A stretch of 64,000 nt of DNA from a virus. Lineage: Duplodnaviria > Caudoviricetes. The notes under the pieces are model-generated. The model was not told the origin of the DNA. It ran no database searches and saw nothing but the letters and a program-made list of their open reading frames with translations. Below are positions 1 through 6,981 of the stretch, one piece after another; positions within the stretch are counted from its first letter, which is position 1; each line of letters starts with the position of its first letter. The DNA lies in the IMG/VR virus record IMGVR_UViG_3300044961_000667; one strand, 5' to 3'. The position numbers were made by a program, and so were the translations under genes.

Positions 1-272
1 CAGTGGTGCGTCGGGGGCTTCGCGTCGGGGTCCTTCTTCTCGCCGTACACCCAGCCCGTCGCCACCTTCTCCTTCATCCACTCGGCGTGCGAGTCGGAGG
101 GCTTCGAGTCCGGATTGGCGAGGTGGTAGTTGACGCCCTTCATCACGGACACCTTCTGCCACTCAGGCGCCTCGCTCCACGGCACCTGGCTCGTGTCGCC
201 GATGGCCTGGCAGTAGGCCCGATTCACCTCGTGGCACACGGACGCGATGACCTCAACTTTCGACTTCGCCAT
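1..272 (-). CDS. RyR (ryanodine receptor repeat) domain phage protein, truncated by window edge
   Basis: Manual translation MAKSKVEVIASVCHEVNRAYCQAIGDTSQVPWSEAPEWQK...HAEWMKEKVATGWVYGEKKDPDAKPPTHH; H..W...K...GW.YG..KD is the RyR signature; AGGAG-like RBS upstream. Confidence 0.8.
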   Translation of the reverse strand, partial: MAKSKVEVIASVCHEVNRAYCQAIGDTSQVPWSEAPEWQKVSVMKGVNYHLANPDSKPSDSHAEWMKEKVATGWVYGEKKDPDAKPPTHH

Positions 273-936
273 GACCAGCCCTCCTTCGTTCCCACATGGC
301 CAAAGCGGCCAGTCGGTTCTTTTCGCGTGCCTCCGGCGAGTGTTTCTTGCCGGAAAAGTTCTTGTTGCCCATCAGACCAAGGCTGATGTTCAGGCTCCGC
401 TCGGCGCTGTGTTTCTTGCCAGTCCGCTGCGTGACCAACAACTGGATCGTCTCCGGCGAATGCTTCTTTCCGATCTGGGCCGACCGAAGCATCTCCTGAA
501 TGTGCTCTGGCCGAGACTTGCCACGATGGAGAGCGGCCAGCTTTCTCCTGGTCTCTGAAGAAAGCGTCCGCCCCTTCTGCGCCGCAGACATCTTCGCCTT
601 AGCTTCCGGCGTGTGCCTGTACCCAAGAAGCGAACCGGCCTTGGGCGCCAGATTGTACGGCGGACTCAGCACGTCGATGTGGTGCTGCTCTCGCTCAACG
701 AGCATGGCTGGATCTTCGACCCGCTCCACCACGGAGAAACGGAACGACGCCTCGCCGTACTTGTTCCAGGCCATCTGCAGTTTCTGATTGGGGTGCGTTC
801 CGCAACGGAGATGATGTCGATGACCGTACCAACGCTTGGCACCGTGGACTGCGCTCCCAACGTAGAACTTGCCGTTGACGACGTTGGAGATCCTGTACAC
901 GCAGGAAAAGCTGGCGATCTTCTCGACCTTCGACAT
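253..936 (-). CDS. GIY-YIG homing endonuclease with NUMOD3 repeats
   Basis: VYRISNVVNGKFYVGSA...RW..H motif, conserved E/N, C-terminal repeats (HTPEAKAKMSAAQKG, HSPET, HSPEAREK); start chosen at MSKVEK after AAGGAG. Confidence 0.88.
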   Translation of the reverse strand: MSKVEKIASFSCVYRISNVVNGKFYVGSAVHGAKRWYGHRHHLRCGTHPNQKLQMAWNKYGEASFRFSVVERVEDPAMLVEREQHHIDVLSPPYNLAPKAGSLLGYRHTPEAKAKMSAAQKGRTLSSETRRKLAALHRGKSRPEHIQEMLRSAQIGKKHSPETIQLLVTQRTGKKHSAERSLNISLGLMGNKNFSGKKHSPEAREKNRLAALAMWERRRAGHGEVES

Positions 937-990
937 GGGCTTCTCCTTTTCGTCCCATAGAGCCCGCATGGTCGCCGGCGTCAAGCGCTC

Positions 991-1285
991 CTATTTCTGG
1001 CCAGCCAACACCATGCGCAGCTTTCGCATAGCCTTGTCGGCGTCGTACAGCGCGGCCTCAAGCCTCTTGGCGGCCGGGTGCGGACCGAGCGCATCGATGA
1101 AGTGCTGGATGTCGATGAGAATCTCATCGAAGTGGGTCTTGTGGCTCCGCAGCTTCGCGAGGATGTCGCTGGCGGCCCCGCCGAGGGGCTCTTCGGCTTC
1201 CCCCCAGCGCCAGCTTCACGGACTCCAGGAGGGCGTTGGTGCGATCGAACGGACTACGACGAGACTCCACGCGCATCTGATTCAT
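991..1285 (-). pseudogene. Frameshifted member of the LLESVK-leader family
   Basis: MNQMRVESRRSPFDRTNALLESVKLALG then a G6 run (1200-1205); removing one G gives a 97-aa helical ORF (…LGEAEEPLGGAASDILAKL…LAGQK*). Confidence 0.55.
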
Positions 1286-1445
1286 GGCCAGCCCTCCCTC
1301 GTTTTCTCCACCGTCTTTTGAACTGCACGATGATGTAGCCGCGCTGCCTCGCCGGCAACACCGCTTTCACCTCGCGGCGCCTGCCATCGGTGTACACCAC
1401 GACGTCCCCCGGCTTCAGCTGCTTCAGCGTCTTGAGCGTGCTCAT
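1254..1445 (-). CDS. Small hypothetical protein (SH3-like beta pattern)
   Basis: LKPGDVVVYTDGRRREVKAV; start overlaps upstream stop. Confidence 0.5.
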   Translation of the reverse strand: MSTLKTLKQLKPGDVVVYTDGRRREVKAVLPARQRGYIIVQFKRRWRKRGRAGHESDARGVSS

Positions 1446-1789
1446 CGTTTTCCCCCGTCGTAGGCGACGGCGTGCCCGGCGCGGATCATCTCTTCGTTCA
1501 CCACCACGCCCGCCCCGTTGACGATGGTGGCCAACATCCGTCCGTACTTGTCGGACTCGTCCTTCTTCGTGCGGATCGTGACCGGCCCCTTCGACATCAG
1601 GTCCGCCATGTACTTGGTCGCCGCCTGCGCCCTCGCCCTTTCGGTGGCGTCCTTCGACGACATCTCCGGCGTGTTGATGCCGAGTAGTCGGAAGCGCTCC
1701 TCGACGTGGACGCTGAAGCCCAGGTCGACGCGAAGGTCGACGGTGTCCCCGTCGACGACCTTCAACAACGTCGCCCTGTACTCGTACAT
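1442..1789 (-). CDS. Thermonuclease (SNase-like) family protein
   Basis: KVVDGDTV, RLLGINTPE, DKYGRMLA, VNEEMIRAGHAVAY motifs. Confidence 0.9.
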   Translation of the reverse strand: MYEYRATLLKVVDGDTVDLRVDLGFSVHVEERFRLLGINTPEMSSKDATERARAQAATKYMADLMSKGPVTIRTKKDESDKYGRMLATIVNGAGVVVNEEMIRAGHAVAYDGGKR

Positions 1790-1802
1790 ATCGACCCCTG
1801 GT

Positions 1803-1814
1803 GCAATCGATTGC
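1803..1814. promoter_or_regulatory. GCAATCGATTGC palindrome copy 1
   Basis: Exact intergenic 12-mer, 13 nt upstream of thermonuclease start. Confidence 0.7.
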
Positions 1815-1819
1815 GCGAC

Positions 1820-2137
1820 TCAGTCCTCTTCGGACTCGTCGTCGTCAGCCTCGTCCGCCATGGATTCGATCCGCTGGCGAAGATCGTCGATGTTCCCAGT
1901 CTGGTGGCGGCCGGCAATCCACCCCTTCAGGTGCGGAATGATGTAGGCCGCCATCACGGGCTTCAATCCCGGAACGGAGCGGTACACCTCCTTGAGGGAC
2001 TCCAAAACATCCCTGATGCCCTCTTCGGCGTCATCGAGAGCGCTCAGCGCGGCATCGAAGTCAGAGCCAGGTCGAATCCCTTCGTGAAGCTCGCGCTTCA
2101 CGGACTCCAACAGCGTGTTGGTCTTCTTCAGGTTCAT
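1820..2137 (-). CDS. Hypothetical protein, LLESVK-leader family
   Basis: MNLKKTNTLLESVKRELHEG; GAGGAGG RBS. Confidence 0.75.
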   Translation of the reverse strand: MNLKKTNTLLESVKRELHEGIRPGSDFDAALSALDDAEEGIRDVLESLKEVYRSVPGLKPVMAAYIIPHLKGWIAGRHQTGNIDDLRQRIESMADEADDDESEED

Positions 2138-2152
2138 GGTTCCTCCTCTTGT

Positions 2153-2164
2153 GCAATCGATTGC
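2153..2164. promoter_or_regulatory. GCAATCGATTGC palindrome copy 2
   Basis: Exact 12-mer, 15 nt upstream of ATG 2137. Confidence 0.7.
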
Positions 2165-2171
2165 GCGTGCT

Positions 2172-2576
2172 TCAGCCGGCCTTGACAATGGCCCAGACGG
2201 CCCTGGCAACCTGGAGGCAGTCCGCCATCTCCTTCATCGCCATCTCGATGTCGCCCGCAGTCATGTTCTTCGGGTTGAATCCGTACCCGCCGATCTTCCC
2301 CGGCTCCAGGCCAACGCCAAGCTGCGCCATGCCGTGCGTGCCATGGATGTCGAACGTCTGGTCCATGCCCCATTGCTCGATGTTCTTCAGCACGCGATCG
2401 GCGCCGCCGTAACGATACTTTGCCCGCCCCGACGTCAGCGCGCGAGCGATCTTCTGGGCGAGAACGGGGTCGACCGAATCCGTAGCCTCCCCGATGTATC
2501 GCGAGGAGCGCCTGGCCGGATTCGCCAACTCCTTCTTCACCGACTCCAACAGGACATTCGTTCTCTTCAGATCCAT
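2172..2576 (-). CDS. Hypothetical protein, LLESVK-leader family
   Basis: MDLKRTNVLLESVKKELAN…IGEA. Confidence 0.75.
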   Translation of the reverse strand: MDLKRTNVLLESVKKELANPARRSSRYIGEATDSVDPVLAQKIARALTSGRAKYRYGGADRVLKNIEQWGMDQTFDIHGTHGMAQLGVGLEPGKIGGYGFNPKNMTAGDIEMAMKEMADCLQVARAVWAIVKAG

Positions 2577-2593
2577 GATTGAGTTCTCTTTCT

Positions 2594-3103
2594 TTACTTC
2601 GGGGCGGGCTTCGTCAGATCGCGATTGTTGTGCAGGTACGACGCGATTTGCTGGCTCATCGCGTACAACTGATTCGACAACCGCTTTGCGAACGCCTTGG
2701 CTTCGGGCACATCGCTGAACCGAGCCACCTGCGTGAGAGAGTGGGCCGCCTTGCCGTCGAACATCTCCACGCGGGCACGATCGAGAAAGTCATAGGTGTC
2801 CTTCGCGTCGTGGCCTGTCGCCTCGCCGAGGCTCTTGGACTTGCGCGGCCGGTTGCCGGGCGTGCTGGTCAGCTCGTCGTGAAGCTCTTCGAGCGCGCGA
2901 ATCGCGGCGTCGACCGGCGTCACGGAGATCATCGAGCCGAGCTTGCCCTTGTTGGCCCTCAGCTCCTTCACCATCTTCGCGACACGCCCCTCCCAGTTCG
3001 TGAGATCGGCGTCCAGGTCCTCCTTCACCGGGCGGCTACGCCCCGAGAGGCGGCTCTTCACGGACTCCAGGAGGGCGTTGGTCTTCTTCGGGTCCACGGG
3101 CAT
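2594..3103 (-). CDS. Hypothetical protein, LLESVK-leader family
   Basis: MPVDPKKTNALLESVKSRLSG…VKED…LGEA; GAGGAG RBS. Confidence 0.75.
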   Translation of the reverse strand: MPVDPKKTNALLESVKSRLSGRSRPVKEDLDADLTNWEGRVAKMVKELRANKGKLGSMISVTPVDAAIRALEELHDELTSTPGNRPRKSKSLGEATGHDAKDTYDFLDRARVEMFDGKAAHSLTQVARFSDVPEAKAFAKRLSNQLYAMSQQIASYLHNNRDLTKPAPK

Positions 3104-3109
3104 GTCTCC

Positions 3110-3169
3110 TCAGAAGCAGCAGCTATCACGATAGCCGCACTTGGGGCACTTGTCGTCTGTCGGCTTCAT
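3110..3169 (-). CDS. 19-aa mini-ORF duplicating the C-terminus of 3556-3753
   Basis: MKPTDDKCPKCGYRDSCCF*; ATG overlaps the endonuclease stop (ATGA). Confidence 0.5.
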   Translation of the reverse strand: MKPTDDKCPKCGYRDSCCF

Positions 3170-3552
3170 GCGACCCTCAATGCGTTGACGTTTGGACGAG
3201 GACGCTTGAGGTACGCCTCAGCCAATGGTTGGAGCCCTCGCTCCACGCCCCCAATGAACCAGTTGCAGAACGCACACAGCAGCCCTCTGACGTCACCGGT
3301 CTGATGATCGTGGTCGACATGCAGCAGCGCCCTGAAATTGCCAGGCAGTTTCTCTGGCGCCTTGCCGCAACAAGCACAGACTCCGCCCTGCTTTTCAAGC
3401 AGCGAGTCGTACACCTCGGCGGTGATGCCGTACCGCTTCTTCAGGGTGTGGGTCCGCTTGCGATCGTACGACGCCGCCATCCATCGCTCGTGACCGACTG
3501 GGTCACGAGCGATCCTGGCCTTGGTCCATCTGGCGTTCGTCGACTTAGTCAT
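3166..3552 (-). CDS. Endonuclease VII-family (His-Me) homing endonuclease
   Basis: RYGIT…QGGVCACCG…VDHDHQTGDVRGLLCAFCN. Confidence 0.9.
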   Translation of the reverse strand: MTKSTNARWTKARIARDPVGHERWMAASYDRKRTHTLKKRYGITAEVYDSLLEKQGGVCACCGKAPEKLPGNFRALLHVDHDHQTGDVRGLLCAFCNWFIGGVERGLQPLAEAYLKRPRPNVNALRVA

Positions 3553-3555
3553 GAC

Positions 3556-3753
3556 TCAGAAGCAACACGAGTCCCGATAGTGACACTTCGGGCAAATGTA
3601 GTGCGCGTGTTCGGGCTTCATCGTCGTCGAGCACTGGGGGCACGACGTCGACAAGTCGCAGCTCGCCGGCTTTTCTTCCGTCAGCACTCGCGCGTTCGAC
3701 GGCTGGCGCGAGCGCTGCGGAAGCTCCTCTGTGATCAGTCCCGGCTTTTGCAC
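3556..3753 (-). CDS. Small CPxC zinc-ribbon protein
   Basis: CPQCSTTMKPEHAHYICPKCHYRDSCCF; start uncertain. Confidence 0.6.
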   Translation of the reverse strand: MQKPGLITEELPQRSRQPSNARVLTEEKPASCDLSTSCPQCSTTMKPEHAHYICPKCHYRDSCCF

Positions 3754-3762
3754 CGGGCCAAT

Positions 3763-4080
3763 CTACGCGGCCTGGTTTTCAGATTCAAGAGCGTACTCCT
3801 TCAGAGCCAGCTCGACGGCCTCAGCCTGCTGCTCCGAGGTGTGCTGCTTGAAGTGCACCTTTCGCCGGCTGTGGGCGATGAGCTGGTACAGCCGACTGGC
3901 GTGCTGCTTCTCGGCTTTCAGCCGGGCGATCGTGCCAGGCGTGAACTTCTTGAACGTCGGGTCCCAGCTGCCGCTCTCCAGTCGCGGCTGATGCGACTCG
4001 CGGAGAATGCCCTTCAGCATCTTGATCTCCGCCTCGATGTCCTTCCGGTCCTGGTGCAGCTTCTTCAGGTTCAGCTTCAT
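3763..4080 (-). CDS. Hypothetical protein
   Basis: 105-aa ORF with AAGGAG RBS, tightly packed. Confidence 0.65.
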   Translation of the reverse strand: MKLNLKKLHQDRKDIEAEIKMLKGILRESHQPRLESGSWDPTFKKFTPGTIARLKAEKQHASRLYQLIAHSRRKVHFKQHTSEQQAEAVELALKEYALESENQAA

Positions 4081-4093
4081 GGCCTTCTCTCCT

Positions 4094-4420
4094 TCAACGA
4101 AGCAAGGAGAGCCGCCCGAGCGCCCTCCTCACGGTGGGGGTTCGGACGGTGGGCACGATGCCCAACGCCATGAGCGCGCCGTTGAAGGGCGCGTCGGGCT
4201 CTCTGATGGCTGTGTGCGGGATGCCGAGACGCTGAAGCTCGGCTTCGAGCCGAAGCAGCTCCTCCTCGTCGGAGACGGCAAGAGCAACAGCTCTGGTACT
4301 CGGGGGGACTTGCTCGCGGACGGACTCGCCGGCCGCGTGAATCGTCTGGGCAACCTGCACCCCTGGGGGCAGGTCTCGCCTCAAGACGACGTAGTGGTAC
4401 AGCGGCTCTTCGTTACAGCA
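4094..4420 (-). CDS. Peptidyl-tRNA hydrolase PTH2-like protein (no canonical start before the conserved N-terminal motif)
   Basis: PLYHYVVLRRDLPPGVQVAQTIHAAGE…ALAVSDEEEL…IREPD…LMALGIVP…LGRLSLLR. Confidence 0.75.
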   Translation of the reverse strand, partial: CCNEEPLYHYVVLRRDLPPGVQVAQTIHAAGESVREQVPPSTRAVALAVSDEEELLRLEAELQRLGIPHTAIREPDAPFNGALMALGIVPTVRTPTVRRALGRLSLLR

Positions 4421-4451
4421 CTACCTGGCTCAGCGACATGTGCTTCTCCTT

Positions 4452-4979
4452 TCAGCGCCCACGACGGGACTCGAACCCGCTTCGACGACGATGGGTTCTT
4501 TCAGCATGGCAGTTGGCACAAACAACCTCGCACTTCGCCAACTCCATTCTCACATCTTCCTCTGAACGGGCGTGGTTGACCATCCTCGACACGTCGTCTT
4601 GCTTCGTTCCCCTGACGTGATCAAACTGCATCACCCACGGCCCATACTGATGGCCACAGTCCGTACACGGCGTCGTGCTCTTGATCTCGTTGGCGATCTT
4701 GCGAAGCGTTTCACGCTTGATCGACTTGTACGCCCTGTTCTTGTCGACGTACTTCTGGTGATTGGAGCGGTAGTGCTTTCGCGAACCCTTCTGCATGCAC
4801 ACCCGACATCGCGAATGCCGCAGCGTCGGCTTCCTCTTCCAGTTGAAGTCGTCCTCTGACTTGAACCGTTCGCATCCGGAGCACCACTTCTGAACGCCCC
4901 CGGCGGGAATCGAACCCGCAACCCGTTCGCCTGTAGTCGGCGACAGCTCTGCCAGTTGAGCTACGGAAGCATCTTCCAC
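4452..4979 (-). CDS. HNH endonuclease whose reading frame runs through a tRNA-like sequence
   Basis: CSGC/CRVC, PCTDCG…FDHVRG…KCEVVCANCHAERT; the only plausible start (GTG 4979 after GGAG) precedes the tRNA at 4895-4970. Confidence 0.8.
   Translation of the reverse strand: MEDASVAQLAELSPTTGERVAGSIPAGGVQKWCSGCERFKSEDDFNWKRKPTLRHSRCRVCMQKGSRKHYRSNHQKYVDKNRAYKSIKRETLRKIANEIKSTTPCTDCGHQYGPWVMQFDHVRGTKQDDVSRMVNHARSEEDVRMELAKCEVVCANCHAERTHRRRSGFESRRGR
4456..4480 (-). pseudogene. 3' half (T arm + acceptor strand) of a split tRNA
   Basis: GCGGG TTCGAGT CCCGT CGTGGGC G; pairs 6/7 with acceptor strand at 5026-5032. Confidence 0.65.
4895..4970 (-). tRNA. tRNA-like gene with central CTA in a non-canonical anticodon loop
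   Basis: GCTTCCG/CGGGGGC acceptor, GCTC/GAGC D stem, TCGCC-GACTACA-GGCGA, GCGGG-TTCGATT-CCCGC; lacks U33 and purine 37. Confidence 0.6.
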
Positions 4980-4986
4980 ATCATCT

Positions 4987-5032
4987 CCGTCCACCTGTAG
5001 TCGGCGGTTGCTCGCCTATGAGCTACGAGGGC
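4987..5032 (-). pseudogene. 5' half of the split tRNA (same GACTACA loop)
   Basis: GCCCTCG TA GCTC ATAGGC GAGC AA CCGCC GACTACA GGTGG, no T arm follows. Confidence 0.65.
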
Positions 5033-5074
5033 CTGTTCCAACCTGAGGAGATCGTAACTCCTGCAGGAGTTTCG

Positions 5075-5305
5075 TCAAGTGACTGACTGCGCCGGCTCCT
5101 TGCAGTCGATGCAGTAGCCGCACGAGCCGCACCGGTACTTCACCCAAACGCCCTGCACCTTCGACACCCCCGCCGAGCGTCCGTCCTCCTGGCGCGTGAT
5201 GCCAGGCTTCTTGCACTGCGGGCAGATGCCTTGCTTCAGCTTCTCGTCGATCTGCTGACTCCATTCCTGGATGGCAGCGACAACGTCCTGAGGCGGCTCT
5301 TTCAC
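5075..5305 (-). CDS. Small zinc-finger protein
   Basis: CPQC…CGSCGYCIDC; AGGAG RBS. Confidence 0.6.
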   Translation of the reverse strand: MKEPPQDVVAAIQEWSQQIDEKLKQGICPQCKKPGITRQEDGRSAGVSKVQGVWVKYRCGSCGYCIDCKEPAQSVT

Positions 5306-5320
5306 TTCTCCTCCGTACCA

Positions 5321-5700
5321 TGGAGCTGCGGGGAATCGAACCCCGGTCCGAAAGCCTTCAGTCCTTCGACTCTACGTGCGTAGCCGCTGTCACCGCGGCC
5401 GAGTCCTGCTGCCCGCTGGTCTTTCCCCGCATTCGCCGAGCGGACTGGGCGGGGGCAACTCCTGGGTGGGTTTCGCCTCGCCAGCTACGCAGGAGCGCCT
5501 CGCTGGTTCGACGGAGAGCTAAGACTTTCGGTCCGCTCTCAAGCCCTGATCAGGGCAACCGCTCACGCGGCTGCGAGCATCGGGGCCGCCTCGACGTTGT
5601 CGTTGGCGGTTGTGGTTTCTCACTGGGATTTACGAGCACAGCGAGCTGCTCGGCACGCATCTCAGGTCGTCTTTGCCCCCGTCGAATCCAGTTCAGCCCC
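5321..5700 (-). ncRNA. ssrA: tmRNA, tag peptide ANDNVEAAPMLAAA
   Basis: 5' GGGGCTGAACTGGATTCGAC, 3' GGACCGGGGTTCGATTCCCCGCAGCTCCA; tag frame 5563-5607. Confidence 0.93.
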
Positions 5701-6080
5701 GTTCACTGCTTCCTTCAAGCAACGGCGATAGGCGCCCGTGCCGAACATCCGGTCGGTGCGCCCAACGCAGGGAGTTGTGGTCCCCCGCATCGCCGTCCTC
5801 ATCATCTCGCGCGTCGGTGTCGCCTGCACTTTTCGCACTGGCCCGTGCTGTCGAACACGCACAGCTCCTGATTCACACCGCATCCCACGTACTGCGCGAC
5901 CGAGTCGACGCGGAGCTGGGCTTCGTGGCCGCTCTCACGCGAGTCCGCTGCTCTCTGCGACTGCTCGTTCTGCGTCATGGGGGTGCGCCTTCTGTTCTTG
6001 GTCGAACTGACTGTCAAGATCATCAATGACACCAGTGGACAGTGTTCGTCAAGGGGAACCGGACAGCAGCGACAGTTTCT

Positions 6081-6146
6081 CGACCCGTCCAGGAGTCGAA
6101 CCCAGCACCACGCCCTTAGAAGGGGCCGGCGGATCCATCACGGGCC
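6081..6146 (-). tRNA. tRNA-Arg(TCT), truncated D arm
   Basis: GGCCCGT/ACGGGTC acceptor, CTTCTAA loop, T arm; only 66 nt. Confidence 0.55.
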
Positions 6147-6159
6147 TCAACAACAACAG

Positions 6160-6244
6160 CGGAGCGCCCGAGAGTCGAACTCGGCTGACCCGTGAAGGTC
6201 GTCGCGTTAGCAGTGCGATGCCGTCCCACGCTGGCTCACGCTCC
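6160..6244 (-). tRNA. tRNA-Ser(GCT)
   Basis: Cloverleaf, CTGCTAA loop, long variable arm. Confidence 0.85.
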
Positions 6245-6247
6245 ATG

Positions 6248-6335
6248 CGGAAAAGGCGAGAGTCGAACTCGCAGACCGCCCGAAGACGATCGTCCGCTTT
6301 CCAAGCGGGTGGGCTCACCAGTGCCCAGCTTCTCC
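6248..6335 (-). tRNA. tRNA-Ser(GGA)
   Basis: TTGGAAA loop, long variable arm. Confidence 0.85.
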
Positions 6336-6338
6336 ATG

Positions 6339-6427
6339 CGGAGCGGGTCCGAGTCGAACGGACAGCCCGCCTTTCGACGAGCAAGCGCTTTCGAGACGCT
6401 CTGACTTGCCTGTGTGCAAACCGCTCC
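6339..6427 (-). tRNA. tRNA-Ser(CGA)
   Basis: CTCGAAA loop, long variable arm. Confidence 0.85.
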
Positions 6428-6523
6428 AGAAACACCCTCAGATGACCGCCTGAGGGGCGCGGGGGCCTGTTGGCCGAGATGCCCCTAGCTGTCGCCAGTT
6501 CGTGAGCGTCTCGGGACGGCTTG

Positions 6524-6610
6524 CGGAAGACGGAGGACTCGAACCCCACACCCACTCGGGGTGCCGACCGCTTTCAAGGCGGGCCAGCGTCCATCACTGG
6601 TTCATCTTCC
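6524..6610 (-). tRNA. tRNA-Ser(TGA)
   Basis: CTTGAAA loop, long variable arm. Confidence 0.85.
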
Positions 6611-6611
6611 A

Positions 6612-6941
6612 TCACTGCGATCGCGGCTGATCGGCGTTCCAGACGGAGCGGCCCATCGCTCCCTCATCGGCCTCAGCGTTCTTCAACATCGAGTAGTAGT
6701 CCGGTCGCTCCTTCAGGTGCGCCCAGGCGATCTTCCCGATGTCGAGCAGGTCGTCAACCACGTCGGTCTCCGGGTCGACGTCATGCTCCGACTCAACCCC
6801 GAGACCGGCCGCGAACTCTCCGAGGTCGACCTGGCTCCAGTCGATCCCCAGCTGGTCGCCAACCCACTTCGCCAGCTCAGGGCTCCATGCCGGCGCCTCG
6901 CCGACCTCTTCCTTCAGCTGCCTGACGAGCTTCCTGAGCAT
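6612..6941 (-). CDS. DUF5661-like protein
   Basis: GLGVESEH…DD…KIAWAHLKERPDYYSML motif. Confidence 0.7.
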   Translation of the reverse strand: MLRKLVRQLKEEVGEAPAWSPELAKWVGDQLGIDWSQVDLGEFAAGLGVESEHDVDPETDVVDDLLDIGKIAWAHLKERPDYYSMLKNAEADEGAMGRSVWNADQPRSQ

Positions 6942-6981
6942 GCGGTGGCCTCCGGGCGCACAGTACACCCAGAGGCCACCC

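Noticed and set aside
4895-4970. Genome-wide TAG recoding
   Set aside because: TAG ends clearly complete genes (tube 53661, baseplate 42014) and long ORFs are uninterrupted under code 11
5703-6032. Short ORFs between tmRNA and tRNA-Arg
   Set aside because: Several overlapping frames, none convincingly coding
6430-6520. Spacer hairpin CCCTCAG…CTGAGGG as an ncRNA
   Set aside because: A single GC-rich stem, expected by chance at this GC content
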